Under the pieces are notes generated by a model. It was given only the letters and a program-made list of their open reading frames with translations, had not been told where the DNA came from and made no database searches. Made by a program: the position numbers and the translations under genes. Source: a virus (lineage: Duplodnaviria > Heunggongvirae > Uroviricota > Caudoviricetes). Taken from it: DNA of 64,000 nt. This document shows positions 1 through 9,574 of this stretch, piece after piece; the first letter of the stretch is position 1; each line of letters begins with the position of its first letter. The stretch covers positions 13,223-77,222 of IMG/VR virus record IMGVR_UViG_3300033066_001253; one strand, 5' to 3'.

Positions 1-95
1 AGAATTAGATCCTGCCAAAAATATCACATCCCAAAAATGCAAAACAAAACTAGAAGCAACCTATCAAGCAGTAGTAGAATTTATAAAATGGTATA

Positions 96-1049
96 ATGTC
101 CAAAAAGAAACAAATTCCCAAAATTCTTAAAGAAATAAAAAGTCACATCCCAATTGTGATGGATTATTCTTATCAGAAATCGATTTCATACAGTGCTTTT
201 AGTACTTATTATTCTTGTAAGAAAAAATGGGCTTTAAAATATAAAGATGGACATTATAAACAAGATTATAATTTAAACCTTGTTTTTGGAACTGCAATCC
301 ATAATACAATCCAAAACTATCTTACAGTAGCTTATGAAGTATCAGGAGTTGAAGCAGATCAAATAGATCTAGAAGAATACTTCCAAACCCAATTCACAGA
401 AGAATACCAAAAATCATTTAAAGACAACGGAAACAAACATTTTAGCAATGCTGCTGAAATGAGAGAATTTTATGAAGATGGAGTAAATATACTTAACTTT
501 ATAAAAAAGAACAGAAATAGATATTTTAGTAAAAGAGATTGGTATTTGGTAGGTGTAGAGATACCGATATTAGTGTCACCATATACACGTTTTAAAAACG
601 TTATATTTAAGGGTTTTATTGATCTCGTATTATACCATGAACCAACAAATAAATTTGTTATATACGACTTAAAAACATCGAGTCGTGGTTGGGTTGATAA
701 AGATAAAAAAGACGAAACAAAAATAGCTCAAATTTTATTATATAAACATTACTTTAGTAAACAATTTAATATTCCTATAGAAGATATAGATGTTGAATTT
801 TTTATTATGAAACGTAAAATCCCCAAATCAACAGATTTTCCAATATATCATATCCAGCAATTTAAACCTGCATCAGGTAAGAATAAAGTTAGTAAAGCTG
901 TTGAAAATTTGGAAAAATTTATACAAGATGTATTTGATGATAATGGTTTAAAAGATAAACAATACGAGGCTACACCTAGTGATTGGAATTGTCGTTATTG
1001 TGTATTTAAAACAGATAAGTCGCTTTGTTCTGTAGGAATTAATAAATAA
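96..1049 (+). CDS. PD-(D/E)xK nuclease, RecB/Cas4-like with Cys cluster
   Basis: 317 aa. GFIDLVLY ... VIYDLKTS resembles the RecB-family D ... (D/E)YKT core. One N-terminal Cys plus C-terminal CRYCx8C resemble the Fe-S ligand pattern of Cas4/AddB nucleases. Confidence 0.5.
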   Translation: MSKKKQIPKILKEIKSHIPIVMDYSYQKSISYSAFSTYYSCKKKWALKYKDGHYKQDYNLNLVFGTAIHNTIQNYLTVAYEVSGVEADQIDLEEYFQTQFTEEYQKSFKDNGNKHFSNAAEMREFYEDGVNILNFIKKNRNRYFSKRDWYLVGVEIPILVSPYTRFKNVIFKGFIDLVLYHEPTNKFVIYDLKTSSRGWVDKDKKDETKIAQILLYKHYFSKQFNIPIEDIDVEFFIMKRKIPKSTDFPIYHIQQFKPASGKNKVSKAVENLEKFIQDVFDDNGLKDKQYEATPSDWNCRYCVFKTDKSLCSVGINK

Positions 1050-1052
1050 AAC

Positions 1053-1289
1053 ATGGATAAATTAATAGAATTAGGATGGAAATGGAGATATGATACTTTT
1101 GAAACATATTGGAAACAAATCTATAATTATGAAATAATTGTATCTAAACATATAAAATACGAAAAAGCATGGACTTGTACTTTAGTTAAAAATGAAGGTG
1201 GTAATGACGAAATAACCATAAGTCATGATTGTTCGTTTGAATGGGTTAAAAAAATTGAAGATTTATTGAGTACTACAACATTTTTCTAA
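1053..1289 (+). CDS. hypothetical protein
   Basis: 78-aa ORF in same-strand array, ATG 4 nt after upstream stop. Confidence 0.35.
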   Translation: MDKLIELGWKWRYDTFETYWKQIYNYEIIVSKHIKYEKAWTCTLVKNEGGNDEITISHDCSFEWVKKIEDLLSTTTFF

Positions 1290-1332
1290 AAAGTACATAT
1301 ATTTATATACGTTAAACCGCAATATTAATATC

Positions 1333-1530
1333 ATGAAAGATAAAGAAACACAACTCACATCTGTCAAAGTACCAATTCAAATCTTTGAAGACTTCAAAGT
1401 AAATTCAATTCGTTACAAATTCTCATTCACTAAATTAGCAGAACGAGCAATGTATTTATATAATACAAATCCAGAATTTCAAAAAATGATTCACAACGTT
1501 AAAATAGATTTTAAAAGTTCTGAAGAATAA
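1333..1530 (+). CDS. hypothetical protein
   Basis: 65-aa ORF, no recognisable motif. Confidence 0.35.
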   Translation: MKDKETQLTSVKVPIQIFEDFKVNSIRYKFSFTKLAERAMYLYNTNPEFQKMIHNVKIDFKSSEE

Positions 1531-1585
1531 GATTGACTTTGTAAAAATAGGTTTTTATATTAAATAATAAATTAAAGTTATAAAA

Positions 1586-1834
1586 ATGGGTAAATTAAGT
1601 TATATTAATCCTTCAAATTTTGAACCTGAAGAGATAGAATTTGCTGATAATCAAATCAAATTAGCTGAATATGTTGAGGCTGCTGTTCATATGGAAGGAT
1701 TTCAAGTTTCAGGACCTATTATTAGTGATGATAAAAAGAAATTAGTTATTGGAGTGTTTGAAAAATCTACCAGTATGTTTGAAATTGCTCCTCCCTTAAG
1801 AGAAAGATATAAAATAATAATAGAAAAAATTTAG
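1586..1834 (+). CDS. hypothetical protein
   Basis: 82-aa ORF, AAAAATGG start context. Confidence 0.35.
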   Translation: MGKLSYINPSNFEPEEIEFADNQIKLAEYVEAAVHMEGFQVSGPIISDDKKKLVIGVFEKSTSMFEIAPPLRERYKIIIEKI

Positions 1835-1851
1835 AATTCATATATTTATCG

Positions 1852-2793
1852 ATGACACTAGAGTCGTCAATTATGGTAAAGAAAACAACAGAACAATTTA
1901 TTGAAGATGCAATTAAAATCCATGGGAATAAATTTGATTATTCTTTAGTAGAATATAAAGGAGTAAAGAATAAAGTTAAAATTAAATGTAGTGAAAGTCA
2001 TGTTTTTGAACAAACACCAAATGATCATTTAAATGGTCATGGATGTAAAATTTGTAGTGGATGGGGTTTAATGTCTGAAAATCCAAATGAATTTATTAAT
2101 AGAGCAGATAAAATTCATAATAATAAATATGATTATTCTAAAACCAAATATATAGAACATTCAACTCCATTAGTTATAACTTGTAAGATTCATGGAGATT
2201 TCAAAATGGCTCCTAAAGAACATATAATTAAAAAAGCAGGATGTCAGAAATGCAGTATGATAGTTTCTACTAAGAAAAGAACTTGGGATTTAGAAAAATT
2301 TATTATTAAAGCTAAAGAAATACATGGAAATAATTATGATTATTCAGAATCAATTTATATTAAAGCTTATAAAAAATTAAATATAAAATGTAAAATTCAT
2401 GGATTGTTTTCTCAAACACCCAAAGAACATATAAACCAAAAACATGGTTGTCCTATTTGTAGTTCTTCAAAAGGTGAGAAAAAAGTAGAAAAATGGTTGA
2501 GAGAAAATAATATTAATTTTATTCCTCAACATAAATTTAATGATTGTAAAAATAAAAGAAAATTACCATTTGATTTCTATTTACCTGATTTCAACACAGT
2601 TATTGAATATCATGGAGAACAACATTATAAAAAAATTCCGTTTTTTGAAAACAGATCTGGAGGATTAAAAGGTTTAAAAGAAAGAGATAAACTTAAAGAA
2701 AAATTTTGCAAATTAAATAATATTTCTTATATTAAAATATCATATAAGGAATTCGAAAACTTAGAAAATATATTAAAATCAAAATTATGTTAA
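1852..2793 (+). CDS. nuclease-like protein with repeated zinc-ribbon modules and C-terminal DUF559/Vsr-like endonuclease fold
   Basis: 313 aa. Four tandem about 45-aa repeats (IHGNK(F/Y)DYS ... C.IHG.F ... P..H...HGC..C). C-terminus FDFYLPDFNTVIEYHGEQH resembles the DF...IExDG.QH core of DUF559/Vsr-type PD-(D/E)xK endonucleases. Confidence 0.4.
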   Translation: MTLESSIMVKKTTEQFIEDAIKIHGNKFDYSLVEYKGVKNKVKIKCSESHVFEQTPNDHLNGHGCKICSGWGLMSENPNEFINRADKIHNNKYDYSKTKYIEHSTPLVITCKIHGDFKMAPKEHIIKKAGCQKCSMIVSTKKRTWDLEKFIIKAKEIHGNNYDYSESIYIKAYKKLNIKCKIHGLFSQTPKEHINQKHGCPICSSSKGEKKVEKWLRENNINFIPQHKFNDCKNKRKLPFDFYLPDFNTVIEYHGEQHYKKIPFFENRSGGLKGLKERDKLKEKFCKLNNISYIKISYKEFENLENILKSKLC

Positions 2794-2993
2794 ACAATTC
2801 AAATACTCTTGGTCGTCGCATAGAGAAAGAATACCGTAAAAAGATTCTCCTCATTTGCGACGACCTTTAACTCCGCGCTCATAGCGGAGTAGCAACTGTA
2901 GCTAGAGAAATAGTTACTCATACTGCTCATCATTTCAACTGGATCCAAATTGCAGGAAGTATCCAACACCCGGATAAAGGTAAAAAATTAGAT

Positions 2994-4316
2994 TTGTCAT
3001 TTGATGTAAATCAACAAACAGGATTAACAGATTCTAGTGTTATGTTATTTCCGGCTGATGGGTATGGAGATACAGGATTAGTTAGATATTTAATTGAAGC
3101 TGAGAAACCTGATGCAATCATGTTAATAACAGATCCAAGGTATTTCCAATGGTTATTTAATATTGAAAATGAAATTCGTAAGAAAATTCCTATTACTTAT
3201 TTACAAATTTGGGATAGTCCATTTCCCTACCCTTTATGGAATAAACCATTCTATGAATCATGTGATTTATTAATGGCTATTTCAAAACAAACATTAAATA
3301 TTAATAAAGTTGTTTTAGGAGGAGTTCCATTTAGAGAGGTAGGAGATGTTTTAGGTCAACCAAATGAAGATCCAAATTCAAAACGTTCATCTCAAATTTT
3401 ATTAAAATACATCCCTCACGGTTTAAATGAAAATAATTATTTCCCAATAGATAAATCCTATCCAAAATATAAAGAATTTGAAAAATTTAAGAAGGAATTA
3501 TTCAAAGGTAAAGAATATGAGTTTGTTTTATTTTTCAATTCAAGAAACATAAGACGCAAACAAATTCCAGACACTATTCTTGCTTGGAGAATGTTTTTAG
3601 ACAGACTTCCAAAAGAAAAAGCAGATAAATGTTGTTTATTACTTCATACTGAATTAGTAAGTGAACATGGAACTGATTTACCAGCAGTATCAAATTATTT
3701 ATTAGATGAATATTCAGAAAGTATAATTTATCATCAACAAGGTTTAGGTGTTGAACAAATGAATTGGTTATATAATAGTTCAGATGCTCAAATATTGATT
3801 ACTGATAATGAGGGGTGGGGATTAAGTTTAACTGAAGCAATTTTAGCAGGAAGACCAATCATAGCAAATGTACAAGGTGGAATGCAAGATCAAATGAGAT
3901 TTGAAGATACAGAAGGTAATTGGATTGATTTTAATCAAGATTTTCCTTCAAATCATAGAGGTACATTTAAGAAATGTGGATCTTGGGCTTATCCAATATT
4001 TCCATCAAACATTTCTATTCAAGGTTCACCAATGACACCTTATATCAGTTCAGATAGAGTAAGACCTGAAGATGCATCTAATGCTATTATGAATTGTTAT
4101 AATGATGGTCCTGAAGTTAGAAAAATAACAGGTGAAGCAGGAAGAAGATGGGCTACAGGAGATGAAGCAGGATTTACTAGCAAACATCAAGCAGAACGAG
4201 TTATAGAAGCATTTGATGAATTATTCAAAACTTGGAAACCAAGAGAAAAATTTGAACTTATCAATGCTACAGAACATAAGTTAGATGTAACTAGAAAACA
4301 TAAATTAATTTATTAA
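2994..4316 (+). CDS. glycosyltransferase, GT4/GT1-like
   Basis: 440 aa. NEGWGLSLTEAILAGRPIIANVQGG matches the GT4 E(G)FG(L)..EA.a.G.PvIa...GG motif. Track start is TTG; first in-frame ATG is at 3042, so the start is uncertain. Confidence 0.55.
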   Translation: MSFDVNQQTGLTDSSVMLFPADGYGDTGLVRYLIEAEKPDAIMLITDPRYFQWLFNIENEIRKKIPITYLQIWDSPFPYPLWNKPFYESCDLLMAISKQTLNINKVVLGGVPFREVGDVLGQPNEDPNSKRSSQILLKYIPHGLNENNYFPIDKSYPKYKEFEKFKKELFKGKEYEFVLFFNSRNIRRKQIPDTILAWRMFLDRLPKEKADKCCLLLHTELVSEHGTDLPAVSNYLLDEYSESIIYHQQGLGVEQMNWLYNSSDAQILITDNEGWGLSLTEAILAGRPIIANVQGGMQDQMRFEDTEGNWIDFNQDFPSNHRGTFKKCGSWAYPIFPSNISIQGSPMTPYISSDRVRPEDASNAIMNCYNDGPEVRKITGEAGRRWATGDEAGFTSKHQAERVIEAFDELFKTWKPREKFELINATEHKLDVTRKHKLIY

Positions 4317-4317
4317 A

Positions 4318-4608
4318 ATGAACAAACTTCAAAACATAAAAACATTCTTTAAAGAATTTAAATATCTTAAAAAATATTTCTTTCAAGAATTAAATAAAAT
4401 GACCTCTGAAAGACTAATGGTTGAACATTTAGCAAAATATAGTGCTCCTTTAATTAAGGAACATGAATATGATCCTAAAAAATTAGAGAAATATGTTGAA
4501 ATGTGTGAAGGAAAATTTAAAGATAGAAAAATCCCCAACCAAAATTATCTAAAAAAGGAAATTGAAAAATTAGATAATAATATTAATAAATTAGTAAAGA
4601 TAAAATAA
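4318..4608 (+). CDS. hypothetical protein
   Basis: 96-aa ORF, K/E-rich. Confidence 0.35.
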   Translation: MNKLQNIKTFFKEFKYLKKYFFQELNKMTSERLMVEHLAKYSAPLIKEHEYDPKKLEKYVEMCEGKFKDRKIPNQNYLKKEIEKLDNNINKLVKIK

Positions 4609-4611
4609 AAT

Positions 4612-5943
4612 ATGAATAAACCGTTATGCGTACTTAGTTGTGCAATCAATACATACAGTGGTTATGGAGCTCGTGCAAGAGGAATTGCACAAGCAATTAT
4701 TGAATTAAAAAAAGATGAATGGGATATAAAAATCATCCCACAACGTTGGGGCGACACGAGCCAAGGATTTATTGAAGATAATCCTGAATGGTCATTTTTA
4801 AATGAGTATTTACATCTTCATCCACAACTCCCAAAACAACCAGAAATTTTTATTCAACATACTGTTCCTAATGAATTCCAACCTATTGGAAAATATAATA
4901 TAGGTATTACAGCAGGAATAGAATCTGACATTTCAATTCCAGAATGGATTGAAGGTTTAAATCGTATGAATACGACTTGGGTTTCATCTAAACATGCTAA
5001 AACAGTATTTGAAAATTCTAAATTTGAAAAAAAAGATCAACAAGGTAGAACTGTTGGAGTTGTTCAATTAGAAAAACCAATTGAAGTTATATTTGAGGGG
5101 GCTGATTTAAATACTTACAAAGTCTTAGAAAAAAACTTAGAAAATTCAATTAATAAATCTTTTGATTTATTCTCTATTAAAGAAGATTTCTGTTTCCTTT
5201 TCATAGGACATTGGATGCAAGGTGATATTGGAGAAGATAGAAAAAATGTAGGATTATTAGTTAAATCATTTTTCGAAACATTCAAAAATAAACAAAATAA
5301 ACCTGCACTAATCCTAAAATCATCAGGAGCTGTTTCAAGTTATATGGATCGTGATATGCTTTTAAAACGTATCGATCAAATTAAACAAACAGTGAATAGT
5401 AAAGATTTACCAAACATCTATTTATTACATGGTGATTTTACAGATAAAGAAATAAACGAACTGTATAATCATCCTAAAGTAAAAGCAATGGTTTCACTTA
5501 CAAAAGGTGAAGGATTTGGAAGACCATTACTAGAATTCAGCTTATTAAATAAACCAGTAATAGCAAGTAATTGGAGTGGTCATTTAGATTTCTTAGATTC
5601 AAAATACAGTGTATTAATAAATGGTGAATTAAAACAAGTCCATCCTAGTACAGCAAATCAATTCCTAATTAGAGAAAGTAAATGGTTTTCACCTCATTAC
5701 CATGAAATTGGAGAAACTTTAACTAATGTTTATAAACGTTATGATAAATATCTTCCAGATGCTCGTAAACAATCTGAAATTAATAGAGAGAAGTTTAGTT
5801 ATGAAGCTATGAAAAATTTAGTTAAAGAACATTTGGATAAAGTACCTACATTTGCTAGACAAGTAGAATTAAAATTACCAAATTTGAAAGCTCCTGCAGG
5901 TATGAAACAAATTCAATTACCAAAACTTACTAAAATACAATAA
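4612..5943 (+). CDS. glycosyltransferase, GT4-like
   Basis: 443 aa. TKGEGFGRPLLEFSLLNKPVIASNWSG matches the GT4 C-terminal EGFG...E....PVIAs motif. Similar size to the 2994 gene. Confidence 0.5.
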   Translation: MNKPLCVLSCAINTYSGYGARARGIAQAIIELKKDEWDIKIIPQRWGDTSQGFIEDNPEWSFLNEYLHLHPQLPKQPEIFIQHTVPNEFQPIGKYNIGITAGIESDISIPEWIEGLNRMNTTWVSSKHAKTVFENSKFEKKDQQGRTVGVVQLEKPIEVIFEGADLNTYKVLEKNLENSINKSFDLFSIKEDFCFLFIGHWMQGDIGEDRKNVGLLVKSFFETFKNKQNKPALILKSSGAVSSYMDRDMLLKRIDQIKQTVNSKDLPNIYLLHGDFTDKEINELYNHPKVKAMVSLTKGEGFGRPLLEFSLLNKPVIASNWSGHLDFLDSKYSVLINGELKQVHPSTANQFLIRESKWFSPHYHEIGETLTNVYKRYDKYLPDARKQSEINREKFSYEAMKNLVKEHLDKVPTFARQVELKLPNLKAPAGMKQIQLPKLTKIQ

Positions 5944-6516
5944 ATGAATTCACCTATAGATGTTTTATTTTATAAAAAAATAGAAGAAATAGAAAAACAA
6001 ATACCTAAACCTAAATCTAAACAATTAAATGAGTTAAGAGAATATGTTGAAAAAACTCGAGAATTAACTTTTGAACAAATTATAAAAGAATATAGTGATC
6101 CTAGTAAAAGTTATCCCATATTTGATACACCTAATTTAAAAGGAGATGCAATAGGATGGTCTTGTCAATTTGAAGATGATCCTAGATTTGATGCTACTGT
6201 AAAAACAATATCTGATGGAGTTTATCAGTTTGATTTTAATTTCTTTGGAAGTAAAGATTATAACCAAAATCTTACTAAAAAAATAAAAGGAACAGATTAT
6301 ATGAATACTTTACATAAAATAGTTAGAGATAAATTAATTCCTTTTATTGATAAAAAAGAAATAGGAGATACTTTATATTTTAATGTAAATAATAAAGATG
6401 GATTGGGTGAAGCTAGAAAAAAGGTATTCTCTTATTTAATTAATAAATATATTGATAAAAATAAATTTGATATAGAGAATGAAGATTATGATTTTAATAT
6501 AACTAAGATAAAATAA
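5944..6516 (+). CDS. hypothetical protein
   Basis: 190-aa ORF, start overlaps upstream stop (TAAATG). Confidence 0.35.
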   Translation: MNSPIDVLFYKKIEEIEKQIPKPKSKQLNELREYVEKTRELTFEQIIKEYSDPSKSYPIFDTPNLKGDAIGWSCQFEDDPRFDATVKTISDGVYQFDFNFFGSKDYNQNLTKKIKGTDYMNTLHKIVRDKLIPFIDKKEIGDTLYFNVNNKDGLGEARKKVFSYLINKYIDKNKFDIENEDYDFNITKIK

Positions 6517-6524
6517 CTTAAAAA

Positions 6525-6995
6525 ATGACTGATCAATTATCAAATTGCAATAGATGTGGAGGTAATGCTTGTTACGTAACAGAAGTAGCTCCTGGAATTA
6601 AAACATACCAATGTTTTGGATGTGGTTTTTGTGCTTCATCTCCAATGACTGAAGGTAGTGATTTTCTAAAAGAACAAATGGAAGTATTACCTGATCTTTA
6701 CAAATCATTAATGGTTGTAGACGAAGATGGATTAGTTTGGATGCCAACAAATATCAATCTCCCAGAAACAGGAATGATCTTCGCTAATGGTTCATCTTCA
6801 GACAATTGGAAATGGGCTGCTGTTAAAGCAGTTCGAGTTAAAGAAGAAGAAAAAGAGAAATTCAAGAAAAAAGATGGAACTTATTTTGAATGGAAAATGA
6901 ATATGGAGTCTATGAAAGAATTTGATGAGAAGGACTTTATGGAGGCAATGGATTACTTAGGCTTATTTAAAGAGGTCGTGGAATCTAAAAAATAA
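6525..6995 (+). CDS. zinc-ribbon containing hypothetical protein
   Basis: 156 aa. N-terminal CNRCGG ... CFGCGFC (two CxxC pairs). Confidence 0.35.
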   Translation: MTDQLSNCNRCGGNACYVTEVAPGIKTYQCFGCGFCASSPMTEGSDFLKEQMEVLPDLYKSLMVVDEDGLVWMPTNINLPETGMIFANGSSSDNWKWAAVKAVRVKEEEKEKFKKKDGTYFEWKMNMESMKEFDEKDFMEAMDYLGLFKEVVESKK

Positions 6996-7012
6996 TTTCT
7001 TATATTTAAAGT

Positions 7013-7426
7013 ATGAGAGAAATAAAATTTAGAGCGTGGGATTTATACAACAATAGAATGGTTGAAAATCCTTATATTTTTGAAAAAGCAACCAAGCATA
7101 ATAATAATGGTAATGACTTAAATCCTTCATTTATTTTTTATGAAGATTGGAGAGATATTGATGATGGTATTTCAAGACCTTGTCATATAATGCAATATAC
7201 TGGTTTAAAAGATTTGAAAGATATAGAAATTTATGAAGGAGATATTATAAAATCTAATTCAAAAACCAATTTTAAAGTTGTATTTGGAGATGGAAGTAAT
7301 AAATATGATTACATTAATGGATGGATTTTAATAGGAATTCAATCATCTATTCAATGGTTATTATCTGCTGAAGGTAAATATGAAATTATAGGAAATATTT
7401 ACCAAAACCCAGAATTAATAAATTAA
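7013..7426 (+). CDS. YopX family phage protein
   Basis: 137 aa. N-terminal MREIKFRAWD and C-terminal IGNIYQNPELI are the hallmark ends of the YopX domain. Confidence 0.7.
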   Translation: MREIKFRAWDLYNNRMVENPYIFEKATKHNNNGNDLNPSFIFYEDWRDIDDGISRPCHIMQYTGLKDLKDIEIYEGDIIKSNSKTNFKVVFGDGSNKYDYINGWILIGIQSSIQWLLSAEGKYEIIGNIYQNPELIN

Positions 7427-7531
7427 AAGTTATGGAAAATATATTAATAGTGAAAGAATTAATCAACCAAGGGCTACTTGTTGTAGAATCGTAATAACTA
7501 TAGGAGATAATTATTATTTAATAAATATAAA

Positions 7532-7702
7532 ATGAGAGAAAAAGGTTATTATTGGGTTCAATTTGAAGAAATAGGTAAATTTATCATTGCTGAATATTTA
7601 GGAACTGATTGGGGTTGGCAACTACATGGGGGAACTGAATATTATGAAGATAATGATTTTCATTTTATTGACAATGAAAGAATTTTATTTAAAAGTTTAT
7701 AA
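7532..7702 (+). CDS. hypothetical small protein
   Basis: 56-aa ORF, below the track threshold. It fills the gap between the 7013 and 7706 genes. Confidence 0.25.
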   Translation: MREKGYYWVQFEEIGKFIIAEYLGTDWGWQLHGGTEYYEDNDFHFIDNERILFKSL

Positions 7703-7705
7703 AAA

Positions 7706-8356
7706 ATGATTATAACATATGCTATAACAGCTAAAGATGAAGCATCAGAATTAGAACGTCTACTCTCCCATCTTAAAAAACATATCCGAGAAACAGATGA
7801 AGTTATAATTCAACTTGATATTAATCATACTCCAGAAGTTTTAGAAGTATGTAATTTATATACAGGATTTAACCATGAACAAGATTTACATAACACAATC
7901 AAAAATTCTCAATTTTATGTTTTTGCTTTAGATGGTAATTTTGCTCAATTTAAAAATCAATTAAGTAGATTTGCTTCTGGAGATTATATATTCCAAATTG
8001 ATGCTGATGAAATCCCCGAAACTATATTAATTCATAATCTTCCAGAATTATTAGAAAGTAATCCAACAGTTGATTTATTTTTAGTTCCTAGAATTAATAC
8101 TGTTGAGGGTTTAACTGAAGAACATATTAAAAAATGGGGATGGAAAGTAAATGAATATGGTTGGATTAATTTTCCAGATTATCAAACCCGCTTATACAAA
8201 AATTCCAAAGATATAAGATGGGAAGGTAAAGTTCATGAACGAATAGAAGGAGTTAAAACATTTGTAGCTTTACCTGAAAATAATGAATGGGTTCTTATTC
8301 ATGAAAAAGATATTAAACGTCAAGAGAAACAAAACAATTTTTATAATACATTATGA
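7706..8356 (+). CDS. putative GT-A fold glycosyltransferase
   Basis: 216 aa. N-terminal IITYAIT and an acidic DADE motif are weakly reminiscent of DxD glycosyltransferases, and the gene lies in a glycan cluster. Confidence 0.25.
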   Translation: MIITYAITAKDEASELERLLSHLKKHIRETDEVIIQLDINHTPEVLEVCNLYTGFNHEQDLHNTIKNSQFYVFALDGNFAQFKNQLSRFASGDYIFQIDADEIPETILIHNLPELLESNPTVDLFLVPRINTVEGLTEEHIKKWGWKVNEYGWINFPDYQTRLYKNSKDIRWEGKVHERIEGVKTFVALPENNEWVLIHEKDIKRQEKQNNFYNTL

Positions 8357-8763
8357 TAAACCCAAAAGACGTAAGAATAGGAAATTATATTGGATTTGGA
8401 AATTCAACTTGTAAAGTTTACGAAATAAATGAAAAATACTTTTATGTTCTTGATGAAGAAAATACAAGTTTAAAAAGTACATTTACTGATTTAAACCCAA
8501 TTCCTCTAACAGAATCAGAACTTGAAAAATTAGGAGTTATAAAACAATACCAAGAAAATCCATTTGAAGAAGGAAAATATAGTTTAAATGAAGATGGAAC
8601 TAAATATTATAGTTGGGTTAAAGGAGCATTTAATTTAGAAATAAATAAAGATAGTAAAATAATGTTTGAAGTTTATTCTCATTATATTCCAGTAGATTAT
8701 GTTCATCAATTCCAAAACCTATATTATTTATTAACTAACGAAGAATTAACATATATAAAATAA
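8353..8763 (+). CDS. hypothetical protein
   Basis: 136-aa ORF overlapping neighbours by 4 nt. Confidence 0.35.
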   Translation: MINPKDVRIGNYIGFGNSTCKVYEINEKYFYVLDEENTSLKSTFTDLNPIPLTESELEKLGVIKQYQENPFEEGKYSLNEDGTKYYSWVKGAFNLEINKDSKIMFEVYSHYIPVDYVHQFQNLYYLLTNEELTYIK

Positions 8764-9573
8764 ATGAAGATATTTGTAAAATTTTTTGATCCTAAAATAT
8801 TTGAAGATAAATTATCTCATTTGAAACATATTGATTTTTCATTATTTATTGATGATATTCCAAAAACACAAGATGATCTATCTTCAATTAATATAATAGT
8901 TCTACAGGAACCTAATGGTTATTTTGGTTTATCAGATTGGACTATTCAAAATAAAGACATATTCCAGGCAATATTAACTTGGGATGATAGAGTATTAAAT
9001 AATTGTGAACAAGCTATATTTTTACCATTTGGACATAGTTGGTTCAAACCAGACCAATACATAACTCCAAAACCTAAAAAATTTGAAATAGCTCATTTAT
9101 GTGGAGTTTTAAATAAAACATATGGTCATTCAATGAGACATGAAATAATGGCTCGTAAAAATGAATTTAAATGTCCTACTAATTTTCATCAAACAATAGG
9201 AGATAGACATAATTTAGATGATGCTCGATTAGGTAAAGAAACAGTGTTTGGGAATTCACAGTTTGGAATTTGCATTGAGAATTTTTCACATAGAGGTTAT
9301 TTTACTGAAAAAATATTAGATTGTTTTTTAATGCGGACTATTCCAATTTATTGGGGTTGTTCGAACATATATGATTTCTTTAATATAGACGGTGTAATAC
9401 GCGTAAATAATGTAGATGATATAATTTATTGGTCTGAAACATTGGAAGGTAATTATGAATTAAGAATAGAGGTAATTGAAGAAAATTATCAATTAGCTTT
9501 AAAATATATAGACTATGAACAAAATATAGTTAATAAGGTAGAAGAAATATTTAAATTAAATAATTTAATATAA
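8764..9573 (+). CDS. GT10-like glycosyltransferase (alpha-1,3-fucosyltransferase-like)
   Basis: 269 aa. FGICIENFSHRGYFTEKILDCFLMRTIPIYWGC closely matches the FucT (GT10) signature FENS..YvTEK....F...IPiywG. Confidence 0.6.
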   Translation: MKIFVKFFDPKIFEDKLSHLKHIDFSLFIDDIPKTQDDLSSINIIVLQEPNGYFGLSDWTIQNKDIFQAILTWDDRVLNNCEQAIFLPFGHSWFKPDQYITPKPKKFEIAHLCGVLNKTYGHSMRHEIMARKNEFKCPTNFHQTIGDRHNLDDARLGKETVFGNSQFGICIENFSHRGYFTEKILDCFLMRTIPIYWGCSNIYDFFNIDGVIRVNNVDDIIYWSETLEGNYELRIEVIEENYQLALKYIDYEQNIVNKVEEIFKLNNLI

Positions 9574-9574
9574 G

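Noticed and set aside
2813-2890. Inverted repeats at 2813-2870 and 2871-2889 as rho-independent terminators
   Set aside because: Neither hairpin is followed by a U-run (only CCTTTAA and TAGCAAC), so they are more likely regulatory or structural than intrinsic terminators.
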